Assembly (NCBI RefSeq): GCF_009914755.1
Contig: NC_060928.1
Origin: the human T2T-CHM13v2.0 reference genome, Homo sapiens
DNA: 64,000 nucleotides
Strand: one strand, 5' to 3'
Each line of letters starts with the position of its first letter. Positions within the stretch are counted from its first letter, which is position 1. Positions 26,926 through 42,324 of the stretch are shown here, piece after piece. The translations under genes and the position numbers were made by a program. The notes under the pieces are model-generated. The model worked only from the letters and a program-made list of their open reading frames with translations, searched no databases and was not told the DNA's origin.

Positions 26926-29624
26926 ATTCTTTGCTTTGCAGAGACCAGGGCTTGTAAATGAATTAAGAAATAGTTAAAATTTCCAGAGGCATTGTGGCAA
27001 ACATATACTTATCCTGGGGTGTCAAGTAAATGTTGGGGGGAGTCTAAAGAGCTTGGCTCTGACAGGGTAGTCTTTAGTACACAATTAGAAAGCTATCCCC
27101 ATTAAATCTGCTTAATATTTTTCTCACCAAGGCTCCCAAATGCCCTGCCAACTTTGAGAGTCTAGTGATGTGTATTTCACTGTTCTTCCTATTGAAAATG
27201 TAGAATATAGGTTAAATAAAATTCACAACTAAAAGCAACAGTCTGCCTCTCTTGATCCACTAAACAATTGCCTCTCCTCAGAGACATGTTTTCTATTTTA
27301 ACTAAAAAGTGTCCTACTGGAGCTGTACTCCAATGGCACCTCATAACTTCTATTTTCTGTTGGGATATCTACAATGTAACTGTGAGGTTAACCCCAAGTT
27401 AGGGCAGAAGATGGCTTTGTTCCTTCAAGTACCATAGGCATGGGGACATGACAGGCAGGTTACTGTGTTTCTTTCCAAAGGCCAATTGTATGACATTATT
27501 AAGTTAAGGAATTTAGGAATGTCTTGCAGATTTTCATTATTTGGACTTTTGAAATAGTTTGCCTTACTCCATTTGGAGAAAGTCACCTACACAGAAGTCT
27601 ATGAAACACAAGAAAATGACAGAGACAGTGAGGTCCCTGGAGCTGGCCTCACTTTTTCAGGTCGCACTGCATAGAGCCTGTTGACCACTGACGGTGATGG
27701 TGGTCGGGGGACAGTACCACTGGGTTCTGCTTTTCCTCTGACAAGGCATCTGATCTCAGACAAATCACAGTCTATCTGAGTCTCATATTTTTCACCCAAA
27801 AAATATGGGAGTTGGACTAGATGTCTACATTCCTTCTAGCCCTAACATTATATCAACATCATTATTTGTATTCTTGATCTGACCCTTCACGTCCTCCAGG
27901 GACCCTAAATGCAGGAAATGAAAATTGGACAGGAAGTTAGGAGTCCTGTTCTCTTAATAGTCAGTGGAGTGATGATAGTCACCTCATACTCTCTGGGCCT
28001 TGACTTCCTCTTTTGTAATGAAGTTCAGTGAAGAGCAAACGAGGCAAATTCTTTGCCCAGAGAGTAGGTCTGTGGGATGTGGGGGAGAATGCACAGGGCA
28101 GATGATGTCAATGTCCTTTCCACTTCTTGAATTCTCTGAGTCATCTTAGACACTCTGTCCACCATTAGTCAACCAAAGCTGAAATTAGAAGATTTCATGA
28201 AATCTAAATTCCTGTTTTTTGTTGTTCTATGTTAGTTTTATTTTTTGTTTTTGTTTTTGTTTTTGTTAGCAGCTCTTCACAAGTAGAAAGAAAGGCTGGC
28301 TGGTAAGAAGATGATGACTCCTAAAATATTTTAAAAATCAGTCTCCTGATATCATATAAGAGGACTTCTTATAAACCCAGGAATCAAAACAATTCACAGA
28401 AGAACAGAATTGCACTGCAGAATTGTGTCTTATCTGTCTCTACTGCAAGAGCTTAATGAGCAACATTGTTTAATGTTACTTTAAATTCTAGCCTTTATTT
28501 GTTAAGAAAAACAGAGAGCAGAAAATCCCATATTGGGTTACTATATATTATTAGTCTTATTGATTGCTACTTCTTAGAATCACAAGAACAATTAATCTTA
28601 GTGATCAAAGAAAGGTGGTGCATTGCTATTTACCACTGCGTAATATGTATGAATGCAATTAACTGCCCCTCCCAGCTCAGAGAACCCTGCGGGTTAGGAA
28701 GGACATGTCATTGTTTTCTGTTTAGTAGACATCTATTGGTATAGAAGAAATCGAATTATCTTCTGTTCACATTTCAATTAAGTAGCAAGGAAGATAAACA
28801 AATAAAACTAAGTATAGCTTTGCAGAAAAAACTCTTTTCAGTTGTCTTCTTCAAAATTTCCCAAGCTCAGGCTGCTGTAAGAAATATGAACTAGAATACT
28901 TTCTTCCAAGTTGTGTATATCGAGAGGCCACTAGCTTCCATTTTATAGATTATCTGCAATCAGCTCAATTGAGTCATTAATGGGTAGAGGCATTGTAGCT
29001 GTGTATGAATAAGAAGAAGAATGTGTGAATAAAACTGATAGGCTATGACTTTTAAAAACATAGTATTTATCCTTATGAATTCCTTACGATTCCTCAGTAC
29101 ACAGTATGTTTGGCCCCAAGGAATTCTTGTTGTTTCTAACACAATTATTAATTCTCTGTTGTTTCTGTCTTGACACATGCAATATCAAAGTATGAATAGC
29201 TAGAAGTGTCTTTATTTTTTTCTTGATAATGCTTTACTGTTTATAAGTACATAAAACACATCCAGGGGCCCAGTGAGATTTCGTAGTCATTATTAATGAT
29301 AGGAAGGTTGATATAGAAAGGGCTTCTCCTATTAAATGCTTTGGTGAAAGATGGTTTTTAAAATTTTTTCTTGGAATTTTTTCTTAATGCAAGGGCCATT
29401 CCTTCAATATGTTTATCCAATATATTTAGCCTCTTGCCAATCCCTGTTCAAGTTGCTATATTTGATGCTAATGTTTATCCACTTCCCCTTCACATATTTG
29501 ACAATTCTAGAAGATAACAGCAATGAATAAAACTGTCCTCATGGAGCTTACAGACTAATTACATAAAATAAGAGCTGAAGCTGATGGCACAATGAAAAAC
29601 TAGGAGCATTTCATTTGTAAGCTC

Positions 29625-29833
29625 TTTTTATTTATTTATTTTACTTTAAGTCTGGGATACATATGCAGAACATGCAGGTTTGTTACATAGGTATACATGT
29701 GCCATGGTGGTTTGCTTCACCTATCAACCCATCATCTAGGTTTTAAGCCCCATATGCATTAGGTATTTGTCCTAATGCTCTCCCTCCCCTTGCCCCCAAC
29801 CCCCCGACAGGCTTGTGATCACACACTGGGGCC
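29625..29833 (-). mobile_element. Very short L1PA7/8-like 3'UTR insertion with 5' inversion
   Basis: ctgggatacatatgcagaacatgcaggtttgttacatagg...ctaggttttaagcccc...cccccgacaggc, then inverted atcacacactggggcc. Confidence 0.9.
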
Positions 29834-31164
29834 AGAAGTATCTTTAAATAGCGTTCTGGTATTCTTAAAAAGTTAAATCAATAATTCAATTATTCTTAGG
29901 GTTTCAAAAATATAAACTTTCTAAAGACATCACCTTTTGTTTTAAAAGTATAAACTTATTACAAAAAAAGAAAGAAAAGAAATAGTGATTTACTTAAGAA
30001 AGAAAGCTGACTTGGGTGCTTTAGTAATAAATGTAACTGTCCTTGAATGAAGAAAAGAATATATTTCTGAAGATTTCCACTTTATAAGCTTCATTTCTTT
30101 TTCTCAAGTACTTTCTTCAGAGATTTATGATTAAATCTCTTCAGAATCCCTGATTAATTTGCTTCAGAAGACATCAGAAGCCAGGTAAATGGAGAAGTGG
30201 AAGGAATATCTTGCCAGAAGTACCTAGGTCTTCTCTGCGTTGTGTCAAATCAGCCAAGTGAGTCATGTGTTTTAAACCTTGGTGTTTGGCTACTGCAGTA
30301 TAAAAGAATTATCATGAGCCTTGACTGAGGGACCTTAATAGGGCCTCTGAGGCATCATCCGGAGGGCAAAAACACCTTTGAAGAAAGGGGCATAAGCTCA
30401 TTTAGAACATTCTGAGAAGTCTCAGTGGATATAAACTAGTGTGCCTGGTAACCCTTATATTGCTAGACTGTGGGGCACTTGGGAACACTTACAATTTCTA
30501 CAATAATTGCAATAGTTATTTCCTTGATTTTCCGGTCCTTTCCCCAGAATTCTCATGGAGATCCTAGCACTCTCCTTTCTTTCTCTCTCACTGAGAGAGC
30601 CCTGGGGACCCTGTGTTCTTTCTCAGTGGCTGCTACTTAGATCACCCCCGCCAGTCACTGTTATTGCTGCTGCTGCTACTTCCATTCAGTAGTCTTGTTG
30701 CTCTCTCTCCCTATCAGTACTTTGACTTGCTGTCAGAACTTCTGCTGTTGGTACCAACAATGTTGGAGGGAAGTATTTCCATTACCAATTAATGCTTTCT
30801 GGACCTCCAAGGGTCAAATTTTCTGCTTTATCTTTACTAATACCACATTAGGAATTTTGAACATGATTGCCAAAGCCCAAGAGTAACACAGCAAACATAT
30901 TCCTCGCCGGTGATTGCTCAGCAACACAAAATGAGCACATGTTTGCCATATTTTGACAGCCTAAGATCCCTACCTTCTCTATATTATACATCTGCAGCCT
31001 CTCCTCCTAGCCTCCCTTTTGATGTGAGTGTGCTAACATCATCAACCTGAAGTTCAGGCTCAAAGTTTCCTTCCCCAAAGCCCAGATAATCTTTCCTAAA
31101 GAACTCTGGGAGGTACTGTCTGAGTCTCCAGACTCTCCAAGACAAATATAATGATTAGAATTCA

Positions 31165-31476
31165 TATTAATTTTTTATTTCTTCTGTAACAAATTACTAC
31201 ATATGTAGTGACTTGGAACAACACAAATTTATTATTTTATATTTTGTTGGTCAGAATTCTGGTGTGGGTCTCATTAGACTAAAATCAAGATACCAGCAGT
31301 CTGTTTCTTTTTGGAGGCTCCAGGGGAGAATATTGTTCTCAGGTTGTTGGCAGAATTCAGTTCCTTGTGGTTGGAGGACTGAGGTTCTCATTTTCTTCCT
31401 GCCTGCTGAAAGTCATTCTTAGCTTCTAGAGGACACACATTCTTTGACTCATGGCCCACTTCCTCCATCTTCAAAG
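31165..31476 (-). mobile_element. MLT1D/E-like LTR fragment
   Basis: ctgtaacaaattactac...acaacacaaatttatta...ggttgttggcagaattcagttccttgtggttggaggactgagg. Confidence 0.8.
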
Positions 31477-31529
31477 GGAAAGTATGCTCCATGTTAGAAT
31501 TTTTTGATTAATATATTGAGATAAAGAAA

Positions 31530-32026
31530 AAAATAGATATTTATTAGGTCATTAAATGAAGAAGTCTAGGTGGCTTCAGGCACAGGTTGATCCAGGGGCT
31601 CAAACAGATCTTCAGGAATTTGCCTCTTTTCATCACTTGGTGCTCCTTTTCTCTGTGCTAGTTACAAATTCAGGTAGGTTATCTCTTTGTCTGTAGGCTT
31701 TTGCCTCATAATTCAATTAACTCCAGTGGAAAGAAAGGTTCTTTTCTTGTGCGTTCCATCAAAAGTTTGGGGAACAATTCTTTTACCCTGCAAGGTTATA
31801 GGATCATCTTGGAAACAGTCACCTTGTGCCAGGGTAATACAGTTCTTTGATTGGCTAGAACCAGTCAAAATCCAGACTCAAAATCCTAACCAAAATTCCC
31901 AGGTCTGGAGCCAGAAGATGGGGTAGACCCATTTTAGTCATCTGGATTGAGGGTGCATAGAGGTGCTATTTGTTACCTAAAGTGGGTGTGAATGCTAAAC
32001 AGGCAAGAACAACAGATGTCTACCAT
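31530..32026 (-). mobile_element. MLT1J/K-like LTR
   Basis: ggcttcaggcacaggttgatccaggggctcaaac...ttgattggcta...aacagatgtctacca. Confidence 0.65.
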
Positions 32027-32229
32027 TGCTTCTTGGAATTTTGGGGAAACATCACATAGAGATGTAATATCTGAAGATAAAAATATAAGTTGCAGAAGTA
32101 AGAGAAAACAGAAGTAGTAGGTAGTCTTTAGAAAAATGCACATTATAAATTATCATGTGAATAAAACAAAGTGATTTTATCTGTCACGTAAATATTACAC
32201 ACCCTTCCATTATCTATCTGTTCAACTTC

Positions 32230-32400
32230 AAGCAAAGTATTTAATCTCAAGTTTCTCATATGTAAAGTAAAGATAATATCAATTACCTTTTGGAGTTTTT
32301 GCAAGGACTCGAGATGATGCTTGTAAGGAATGCACTTCTGTGTCTGGCATTGTAGTTGGTGTTCAACGAATGACAGCTATCATTATCATCATGGTTATTA
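32230..32400 (+). mobile_element. MIR
   Basis: gtttctcatatgtaaagtaaagataat...gtgtctggcattgtagttggtgttcaacgaatgacagctatcattatc. Confidence 0.65.
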
Positions 32401-33153
32401 TTTTAATGAATCTCAGCTTTTCTCATTCCTGAAGAACAGTTTGAACTCACCACACTTCTATATCTGTTTCCTTGAGGGTAATTAAGCTACTTATAATGGC
32501 CTTGCTCTAATTGTCAGACTTGAAATAAAATTTTTATCAATTTGCTCTGAAGCCATTAGGCCTTTATTTACTGATTCAGCTCTAAGGAAAACCCCAAAGG
32601 TCTTAAACAGAGCAATGCTGATTGAGGTTAATTTTACTTTCACATAAACCAAAGGCCTTAAAGTGAGGTTGGACTGGCAATGTTGCTGACATGAAATTCA
32701 CGTCCTTCTGAGGTGTTCTGTCACTGCTGCTGTTCATCAAAATCCAGTTTTATTTTATCAACCAAGAAGCATATGATTCTGAAACTATATATCTCTCTTC
32801 TCAATTCCAGTTCTTACAGAATGGTTTCTCCTACTTAAAAGTAGGATTGCTAGGGCCTGAGGCATGGTCTGGGTAGCAGGCTGCTGGAGTGGGCATCAAG
32901 ATGGAGTCTGTGTGGAGATTAGGCCCATGCAGATCAGGGGACGGGGTGGGCAGGAAGTGCTGTGGATTCAAGTGCTGCGAGATTCGCTCAGGATTCTCCC
33001 CAAGGGGGCTAGTTATTGGGCAGATAATGGCACAATTTAATCCATATTCCGGTAGAGAGTGGAACTGGAGGTCTTGACACACTTCCTGTCCTTATCCTGA
33101 TGTTCTCAGGGTCAAGAAAAGGCTCAGGCCTGTGGGGACCCTGTAGTACACAC

Positions 33154-33645
33154 TGAATGTTAGTTCCTATGACTGTAATAAGTTTTCACAAATTTGGTGG
33201 CTCAAAGCAACACAGAGTTATTATCTCACAGTTCAGGAGTCAGAAGTCTAAAATGAGTTGGCAGGGCTGTGCTCCTTCTGGAGGCTCGAAGAGAAAAATT
33301 GACTTCCTTGCCTTTTCCAGCTGTATTCATTGGCTGTGGCCCCTTCCTGCCCACTCCATCCACAGCACTTCCTGCCCACTCCATCCCCTTATCTGCACCT
33401 TCAAATCCCTTTCTCTGTTGAGCTCTGCTTCCATCATCACATCTCCTACTCAGACTCTCCTGCCTCTTTCACTTACAAGGACCCTTGTGATTATATCGTA
33501 ATGACAGTCCAGCATAATCTCCCATCTCAACATCCTTAATTTAAGCCCATCTGCAAATCTCTTTATCACGTTAGGTAACATCCACAGGTTCTGGGGATTA
33601 CAATCTGGTCATCTTTGGTGGGAGGGCATTATTCAGTCAACCACA
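33154..33645 (-). mobile_element. MLT1C-like solo LTR
   Basis: tctcacagttcaggagtcagaagtctaaaatg...aaggacccttgtgattatat...cattattcagtcaaccaca. Confidence 0.87.
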
Positions 33646-34026
33646 CCCCATCCCAAATATAGGCTCAGCTATTTAATTCAAGGGCAAAAATATTAAATTC
33701 CCCTTGCAAGAGAAACCAAGAAACATCACAGAGAAATAATAATTTTTTGCACAGAAGTCGTTACTAGTCCCCAGGATCCTCAGTGTGTGCTTACAACACA
33801 CAACAGCAGGGATATGAGTCTTATTGTGACATATTAATTTTTAGGACATTTTCCTTTTTTAAAAAAGGTCTTATCAATGCCCAGAGAGGATTGGCTGATA
33901 TGAAGAAACAAATTGGTAGATATGGTAGATATGAACAAGAGACTATTTTTTAAAACTTTTATAAAATCATGGTTATTTATGGGCATAAAATGAATCTTCC
34001 ATTTTACCCAGACCTCAGTTAGGGGT

Positions 34027-34402
34027 TGTATTAGTTTACTAGGCTTCCCTAACAAAGTACCACAGACTGGGTAGTGAAACAACAGAAATGTGTTTCCTTA
34101 CACTTCTACAGGCTAGAAATCTGAGATCAAGGTGACAGTAGGATTGGTTTCTTTCCAGGTCTTCCTCCTTGGTCTGTCCTCTCCTTGTGCCTTCACCTGG
34201 TCTTCCCTCTGTGCCTGTCTGCATCCCTAATCTCCTCTTCTTATAAAGACATCAGTCTTGTTAGACTAAGGCCCACCCATATGACCTTGTTTTAAACTAT
34301 TTGCCTCTTTTAAAAACTTATCTCGAAATATAGTCACATTTTGAGATCCTGGGGGTTAGGACTTTACCATATGAATTTTGCAGGGACACAATCTAGCCCA
34401 GA
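34027..34402 (-). mobile_element. MLT1A/B-like solo LTR
   Basis: tgtattagtttactaggc...aacaaagtaccacagactgggt...ctaatctcctcttcttataaagacatcagtc...gggacacaatctagccca. Confidence 0.88.
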
Positions 34403-35098
34403 GCAGTGATCAACCAAATTTACTGTCTTACATTATCTTTTGGTGGAGTAATTTGTTCCTGCTGCAACTGTCTCTCTTCCTCGCAAACCCAGAGAGAAGG
34501 GTTGACATAGGGGTTAGCTTCCTTGCAGACACCAGGTGTTATTTCCAGACCTTGCCATCATCAGCCAGTGCCATAGTGAAACCAAGATAAGATCAATTAA
34601 TTCTGGGTCCATGTCTTTGTCAAAGTTACACAGAACCTTGGGGATTTAGAAGTTATCACAGAAAGTTATTTAAAGCTATCCAAGCTGTTATCTGTTCCTT
34701 TTTTAAGTGTTCATATTAACTCACAATTCTGTTAAAACGGGGGTTATATTCTTTGGCTTTTCCTGTTTCAGTCATTTAATTTTCATATGTAGTGGGGTGG
34801 TTACTTAAAATTATTGCTTAGAAATGCAGAAATATAGTTTTATTTTCTGTACCTGAACTCACCTTACCCATAAGACCTCTGATTCTGGTCAAGAATGAGG
34901 AAAAACTTTAAGTTGCCCGTTCAAGTTTTCTCAGTCATTTTCGGTTTAAATCTTCCTCTTTTCCAGGGTGAGTCAGTGTTTCTGCTTCCTTCCCTTCCCC
35001 AGGATGAGATCTAGACCCTGAATGGAGAGGCGAGGGGGAAGGCTCCTAGTCCTCCCTCTGTTGTCTTGTCCTTTCTATTCCCTGAGATGTCTCATGCC

Positions 35099-36506
<1,408 letters not shown>

Positions 36507-37409
36507 TCTCTATGCCTCTTGATCAGTGAACATTGAGTGCTGACACAAGGGGCCCTGGACCCCAGCCTGAGGCAGCTTATTCTGCATTCTCAGTGTCCAG
36601 ACCCCAGAAATGTCCTGGCCAGTGTTCCCTGAGCAGGAGCATTTCAGAACACCTCTGTCCATTTCTGAATTTCAGAAGCACTGGATGCCTCAGTGACATT
36701 CAGGATGCCCCACTGGCATCACGGGCATGTGAAGTGTGGGGAGCAGAGGGCACGCGACTCCAAGGCCCCTTTCAGAACAAACACCCCACGCCAGTGCACC
36801 CACCAGTGTTGGGATGTGTGCGTGCATGTGTGCTTGGTGGGGGTGGAGGTGGGCCTAAGGACCTTTGTGAAGTCATCTATTTTTTTTTTATTAAACAGGG
36901 CTGCACTTCATTCAGTGACGAAAGGAAGACGTGATGAGATGGGACAACCAGGTTTTGAGAGAATGCTTGACTTGGCATAAGACCAATTTTATTAGCCAAG
37001 AATGACAAGACACATTGAACAGAGGTGTCAGACTTGTGAGAAGTATATAAAATAGGATTCCAAAGCAGAGAGGGCAGTTGAACGAATGAAGAAAGTGACC
37101 TCTGCTCTGAAGTCAGCTTGTGCACTTAGTTTCTGTCCCTGGAATCAGACACAGTGAGAATCAGAGACATTTCCTTAATACAACAAAGTAATCACAACAT
37201 GATGCCCAAGAAAGAGACTGGCACCACATGGAACATTCTATAAGTGTGAGGCCATCTTGACCCAGCCTCCTTTGCTTTGGAATTTCTAAACATGTCAGGA
37301 AATTTGTTGATCTACCCCCTCCAAGTGTTTGGATCTCGGAAGGCAGACCAGTCTTATTCCTACTGACACTCTCCAAGCACCTCCTCCCAACTTCAGGACC
37401 AGCTTTTAT

Positions 37410-37620
37410 AGCACTGTGGTGTAATTTTTAAGAGCACAAAATGGAGATAAATCAAAGTGGTCCAATACCAACACCATGAATTACAAGCTGTGTAATCTTG
37501 AGTAAATTACTTAACCTCTCTGAGCTTCAGTTTTCTTATCTGTACAAAAGATTGCTGTAAGGATGAATGAGTTCATATATGTAAACTACTTGGAATACAA
37601 AATATGTATGTTTTAACTGT
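37410..37620 (+). mobile_element. MIR
   Basis: gctgtgtaatcttgagtaaattacttaacctctctgagcttcagttttcttatctgtacaa. Confidence 0.8.
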
Positions 37621-39304
37621 TATAATCCCCTCACTGTAGGACATGCACTTGTACCATATATTCTTCCTCTTTTCTGGCCTATGATTTAGAGTGAAAACAA
37701 TGTGGTCAGGCCTTCAAGCTTTGTTCCCTAATGTTTAAAAAGAAGCTTTTGGGATTTAGAACATTCTTTTCTATCTCAAAGACTGAGTAGTTACATTCAA
37801 AAGCCCAGATTTCAGGGCTATTGTTCCTGAGATGGACTTCAAGTGCCTATTTTGGAAGTCTAGAAATGAACATAGATTTTTAGCTTCTGCGTGCATCCCA
37901 GCTATAAAGATACTAAACTTCTCTGAGGCAATAGGCACTGCTGGCTAAAAAGAGAAAGATCATGAGCAAAGATGAAAAAAGGGGCAGTAATTAAAGTAAT
38001 AATATATTTCAAAATGCTACACAAATAATAATGAAGGAGAACAAACATTTAAAATTTCCTTTAAAAGTGTCAGGCCATGAAATATATATAAACTTCATCT
38101 TTGCAACCACCTATTATATGCATAGTTTTATTTTACTGGTGAGTAAACGAAGGTTTGTAGAGTTTTGTTACTGCTCAAACAATACAGTGTGATAAGGGGT
38201 AGGCTATGATTTGAGCTGATGTTTTGCTTCCAAGGACACGGTCTTTCCACTCGTTGTTCCTGGTACCCCACCCCCTGCTCTCTAAAATTTAATTCTCTGA
38301 AAGAAAAGCATCTGACTGGAAAACAGCATTTTCTATCAAGAGATTTCCATCATCAGCTGGGAATGTATCAATTGTGGGGAGCATCTTCCTGAACCTTCAA
38401 AGCCTTTTCTCTGTCAGAAGAGAAATCTCAACCTCATCAGAATCTAGGGTACTGGTTCCATCTGCAAGTTTTACATCTCAATGTGATTAGGTAGGTAGTC
38501 AATTCTAATTAACTCTCCTCTTCCAGCCAATTCTGCCAATACATTGGTTCTATTTTAAAAATTCAGACAATTCTTGTGGAAAAACATCATTCCATCTCTC
38601 TCCAAATACTTGTTACTTTGACTCTAAGACCTCATCTTTATTCTTATCACAAATTCCTCAGAAGAACGGTTAAATTGATTATGCATAAGATGGTGACAAA
38701 GAAATTTTGTTTACTTCAGAATGGAAATACAGACATCAAATATATGAACTCGTTGCTCTGGCTAACATTGAAAATCAGCACCATACAAACTGTCATATGA
38801 TTTCAATCTTAATCCCAGGTGAGATTGTGAGGAAGACAAAATTTGCTTTTTATGGCCCACTCCCTCCCTTCCCTCCACCTGCCACCTTGCCTTTATATCT
38901 CACCAACGATGTTGTATCTAACATTCACATTCATTCTTTACTTCTTTCTTCCAAGACCTGGTTGCAGGGAAGAGTATGGTAGACTCACTCATGCTAATGC
39001 CGTTGGATCCCAGCTTGCCTCTTATAGCTTCTTTCTCAGTTTCCCATATGTAGATTCATAAACATGCTTGCTTCCCTCTCACCTTCCATCCTTCTTTTAG
39101 GATTGTTTCTCCTCTTGTCTTCAATTTAATTATAAGGGAGTTAGGAAGCCTCTAAATTCTTTCCATTTTACCACATGGAAGGGTTTAAAAATAGATGATT
39201 CTGCTCACAGTCACACAATCATTTATCAATGTTCTGCAAGTTCTGGTTAAGGTAGTAAGACTTAAATAGAAGTAAGTTGTGCATAAGTTTTGTAAAAGTG
39301 AAGA

Positions 39305-39830
39305 CAACATTTTTTTTATTTGTAGGTAGGAAGATATACCTAGAAAATACATGTGACTAAAGTCAAAAAGTATTATGATAAAAAAGTTTAGTAAAATTAT
39401 ATGTATGAAAATCATGTAACAATAAATGTGGGTTATTCCAAAAATTCCCATTTAGAAAATATAATGAAAGATGAGCTCATTCACGGTATTGGCAAAATAC
39501 TTGAAATAAGATAGAAATAAACGTATCAAGAACCATAAGGTTTATATGAAGCTAACTAATTTTTTTTAAATGAATAGGCAATATACCTAGAAGAGAATCG
39601 GAGAAACATGGCTTCCTCTATATATGAGGAGTCTGTATATGCCAATTTTTTTTCTTCTAAATAAATATATACACAAACATAATTCCAACAAATATTCAGA
39701 TGGGATTAAAAATCAACTTTGCAAATGCTTACAATGTTTATCCAGAAAAACAGATAGACAAAAACAAATAAATAAAAAATAAACAAAAAAAATAAATAAC
39801 AAAAAAACAAATAAAAAATAAAAAATAAAC
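39305..39830 (+). mobile_element. Highly diverged L1M ORF2 fragment followed by an A-rich tract
   Basis: atatacctagaaaatac...aaaagtttagtaaaatta...aaaatacttgaaataag resembles L1 ORF2. Confidence 0.5.
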
Positions 39831-42324
39831 TAAATTTATTGCTAATAAAACTTAGTAAGGTTATAAAAGTTTAAATAAAGTATTGCATGCCAAGAATTTG
39901 AGATTGATTAGGATTTTAATAAATCACTACTTTTATATACGTTCATTTAGTACTTACACGTTATAGAATTTCCGTTAAGTCTTAGTAGCATGTTAAAATG
40001 AAGTCATGCTAACATTGTTTTCCAAGTTATAGTGACTTAGCCTCTGCCTTTGATACTGAAGGTCTTCTTCCATCCCCTGGCAAAGTCACCAGTAGTTATT
40101 TCTGGGATGTCAGGGTGTGTCACCTGGTGGCTCGTGTTCTTCACTGAGTCACATCACCACGACCTCTGCTGCTGGTATTCTTTATAGGAATCCCCCAAGG
40201 TGGCTTCTCTGAGCCCACAGACTGCCAAAGCCCCCTCAGTGAGCAATGACAAAGTTGGGAGGACCCAGTGCAGTAACATTTATGCCCACAGCCTCAGGTG
40301 TATTTCATGAAAACATCTCCTGACCCTTCTGACCTTAATTCCCCTCATCATCAGGGCATCAATTTAGCTCCTCAAGCCAGAGAGAGATAGATCTGAGTCA
40401 TCTTGTCTTACCCAGTCCTGTTCCTCCATCTTTCTTCTTTATTTCTTCTTCAACTTCTCCATTCTATTTCAGCCCCAAATAAAAACCCCCATGCTCATCA
40501 AATCGTGCAAATAAATTAGGTTACTAGTTCATCAAACAGGCAGGTTCTGATTCCAAGTTTATGCTCAACAGAGGCACTGTGCTGTAAAAGAATAATCGTA
40601 ACTGTATTATAAATCACTTATAAACAGTGAGTTATTATAGTGTATTAGAGGCTAGGCAGAGTACATAGGTAAAAAGTCATGGTTTCTGTCCTCAAAGAAA
40701 CTTATTGTCCAGGAGTCACAGTTATTATTTCACTAGGATATCAGGAGAGGGCATATCAAGTGCGTTTCTAAAATACATAAACTATATTTTTCCTACTTTA
40801 CCAAATTAAATGTGTTATAAAAGAACAATTAAATTGAGTCTGTCATGACTTGTTCTCAGTTAAGCTCCTAGAATTCTTTACTCCATTCTTTATGTTCTTA
40901 AAATTCATTTGATTGTATTTCTGAGAATCCACATCAAACTACAAGAATGCGGTAAAAAAATCAAAACAAGGCTATTGCCAGTCTTTTAGCAGTTTTCCTG
41001 TTCTCTGCAGATCTTCAAAAGTGTTTCACTGTCTGCCACACTCTGTTAATACCTTTGAAATGATATACTAGACAAGATGCCAGCACTTTGAAAATAATCA
41101 TGTGATTTCTTACATGATCTCCACCTCTATTTTAGACTGACATGACATAGTTATCAAATAAACATCTCATTGATCATAGACTTTTAACTGGCAGTTGTGT
41201 TATGTACAAAGGAAAACTGGTAAACAAAACACGGTCTTATTCAAAGCTGTCTTGGTTTAGTGGAGAAGATAGGTTTAATAAACAAATAATGAAGATGATG
41301 ATAACGATGATAGTGACTATGATATGATATGATAATGATAGAAGTACAATAGGCAGAAGAATACTTTTTATTCAATAAGTGGTGCTGGGCTAATTGGCTA
41401 TTTAGCTGATCTCTATCTCACACCACACCCCAAATCAATTTTGGATGAATTATAGATTTAAATGTGAAAGTTAAAGCATAACATCTTCATACCTTGGGTA
41501 GAAAAATATTTCATAATCCCCTCTTGAAGCAATGTGCTCAGGACAGCATTCTTTTAAACCACATATTGTGAGTACATGGAATTCTACAATGAGCCTCATG
41601 CCCAGCCCTATCTATTTTCTTGGGAGTCAAGAGACAAGTTTCAATTTCTGCCACCAAGGTTGCAGAATGAAATGGGTACAGTTTTAAAGGGAAGTGATCC
41701 CCAACCACATGTGTAAAATGGCTTATTATTATCATTTTATCTCCCCTCAAGTATAAAAGAGTCAGAAGAGCCAGTATGAAAACTGGAAAGAGTCAGGGTG
41801 CTCATTATCCACAGTAGCTTTTTTTGTGTGCAGCTGAAAGAGAGATGCAAGAGCCGGAATCAAAGATTTGTAACCACGAGAGATGAGACTAGCTGTGATT
41901 CAGGGAGAAAAAGCAAGAGTTTAATGAGCAGTGCAAATGTAAGCACAATTGTGAAGGGAATTGGGTCAAGGATTGAAGTATGGGCTATGTGGGGCAGATT
42001 AGGAAATGAAGTCATTTAATAAAATGTGTTGGATGTCGTTTTATTTTGATGTCCTGTTAAAACATCAGGTAAGGTTGGACCTTATTCACACCAAGTGTGT
42101 ATCCCTCCTGTTCTCTCTCTTTCTTTCTTTATTTCTCTCTTTCTTGAAGGAAGATGTAAAAACTTACTTCCATCAGAGATCCAGTTCTAGTCAGGGGTAT
42201 AGCTGTTTTCCAGACAAAGCACCTTCCCAAAATTCTTGCTATTTTCTTCTAACGTTGAACTGGGTTGGTCGACCTAAAAGACTCTTAAATCTTTTCTTTT
42301 CAACTAATATTAATTCCTGAACCA

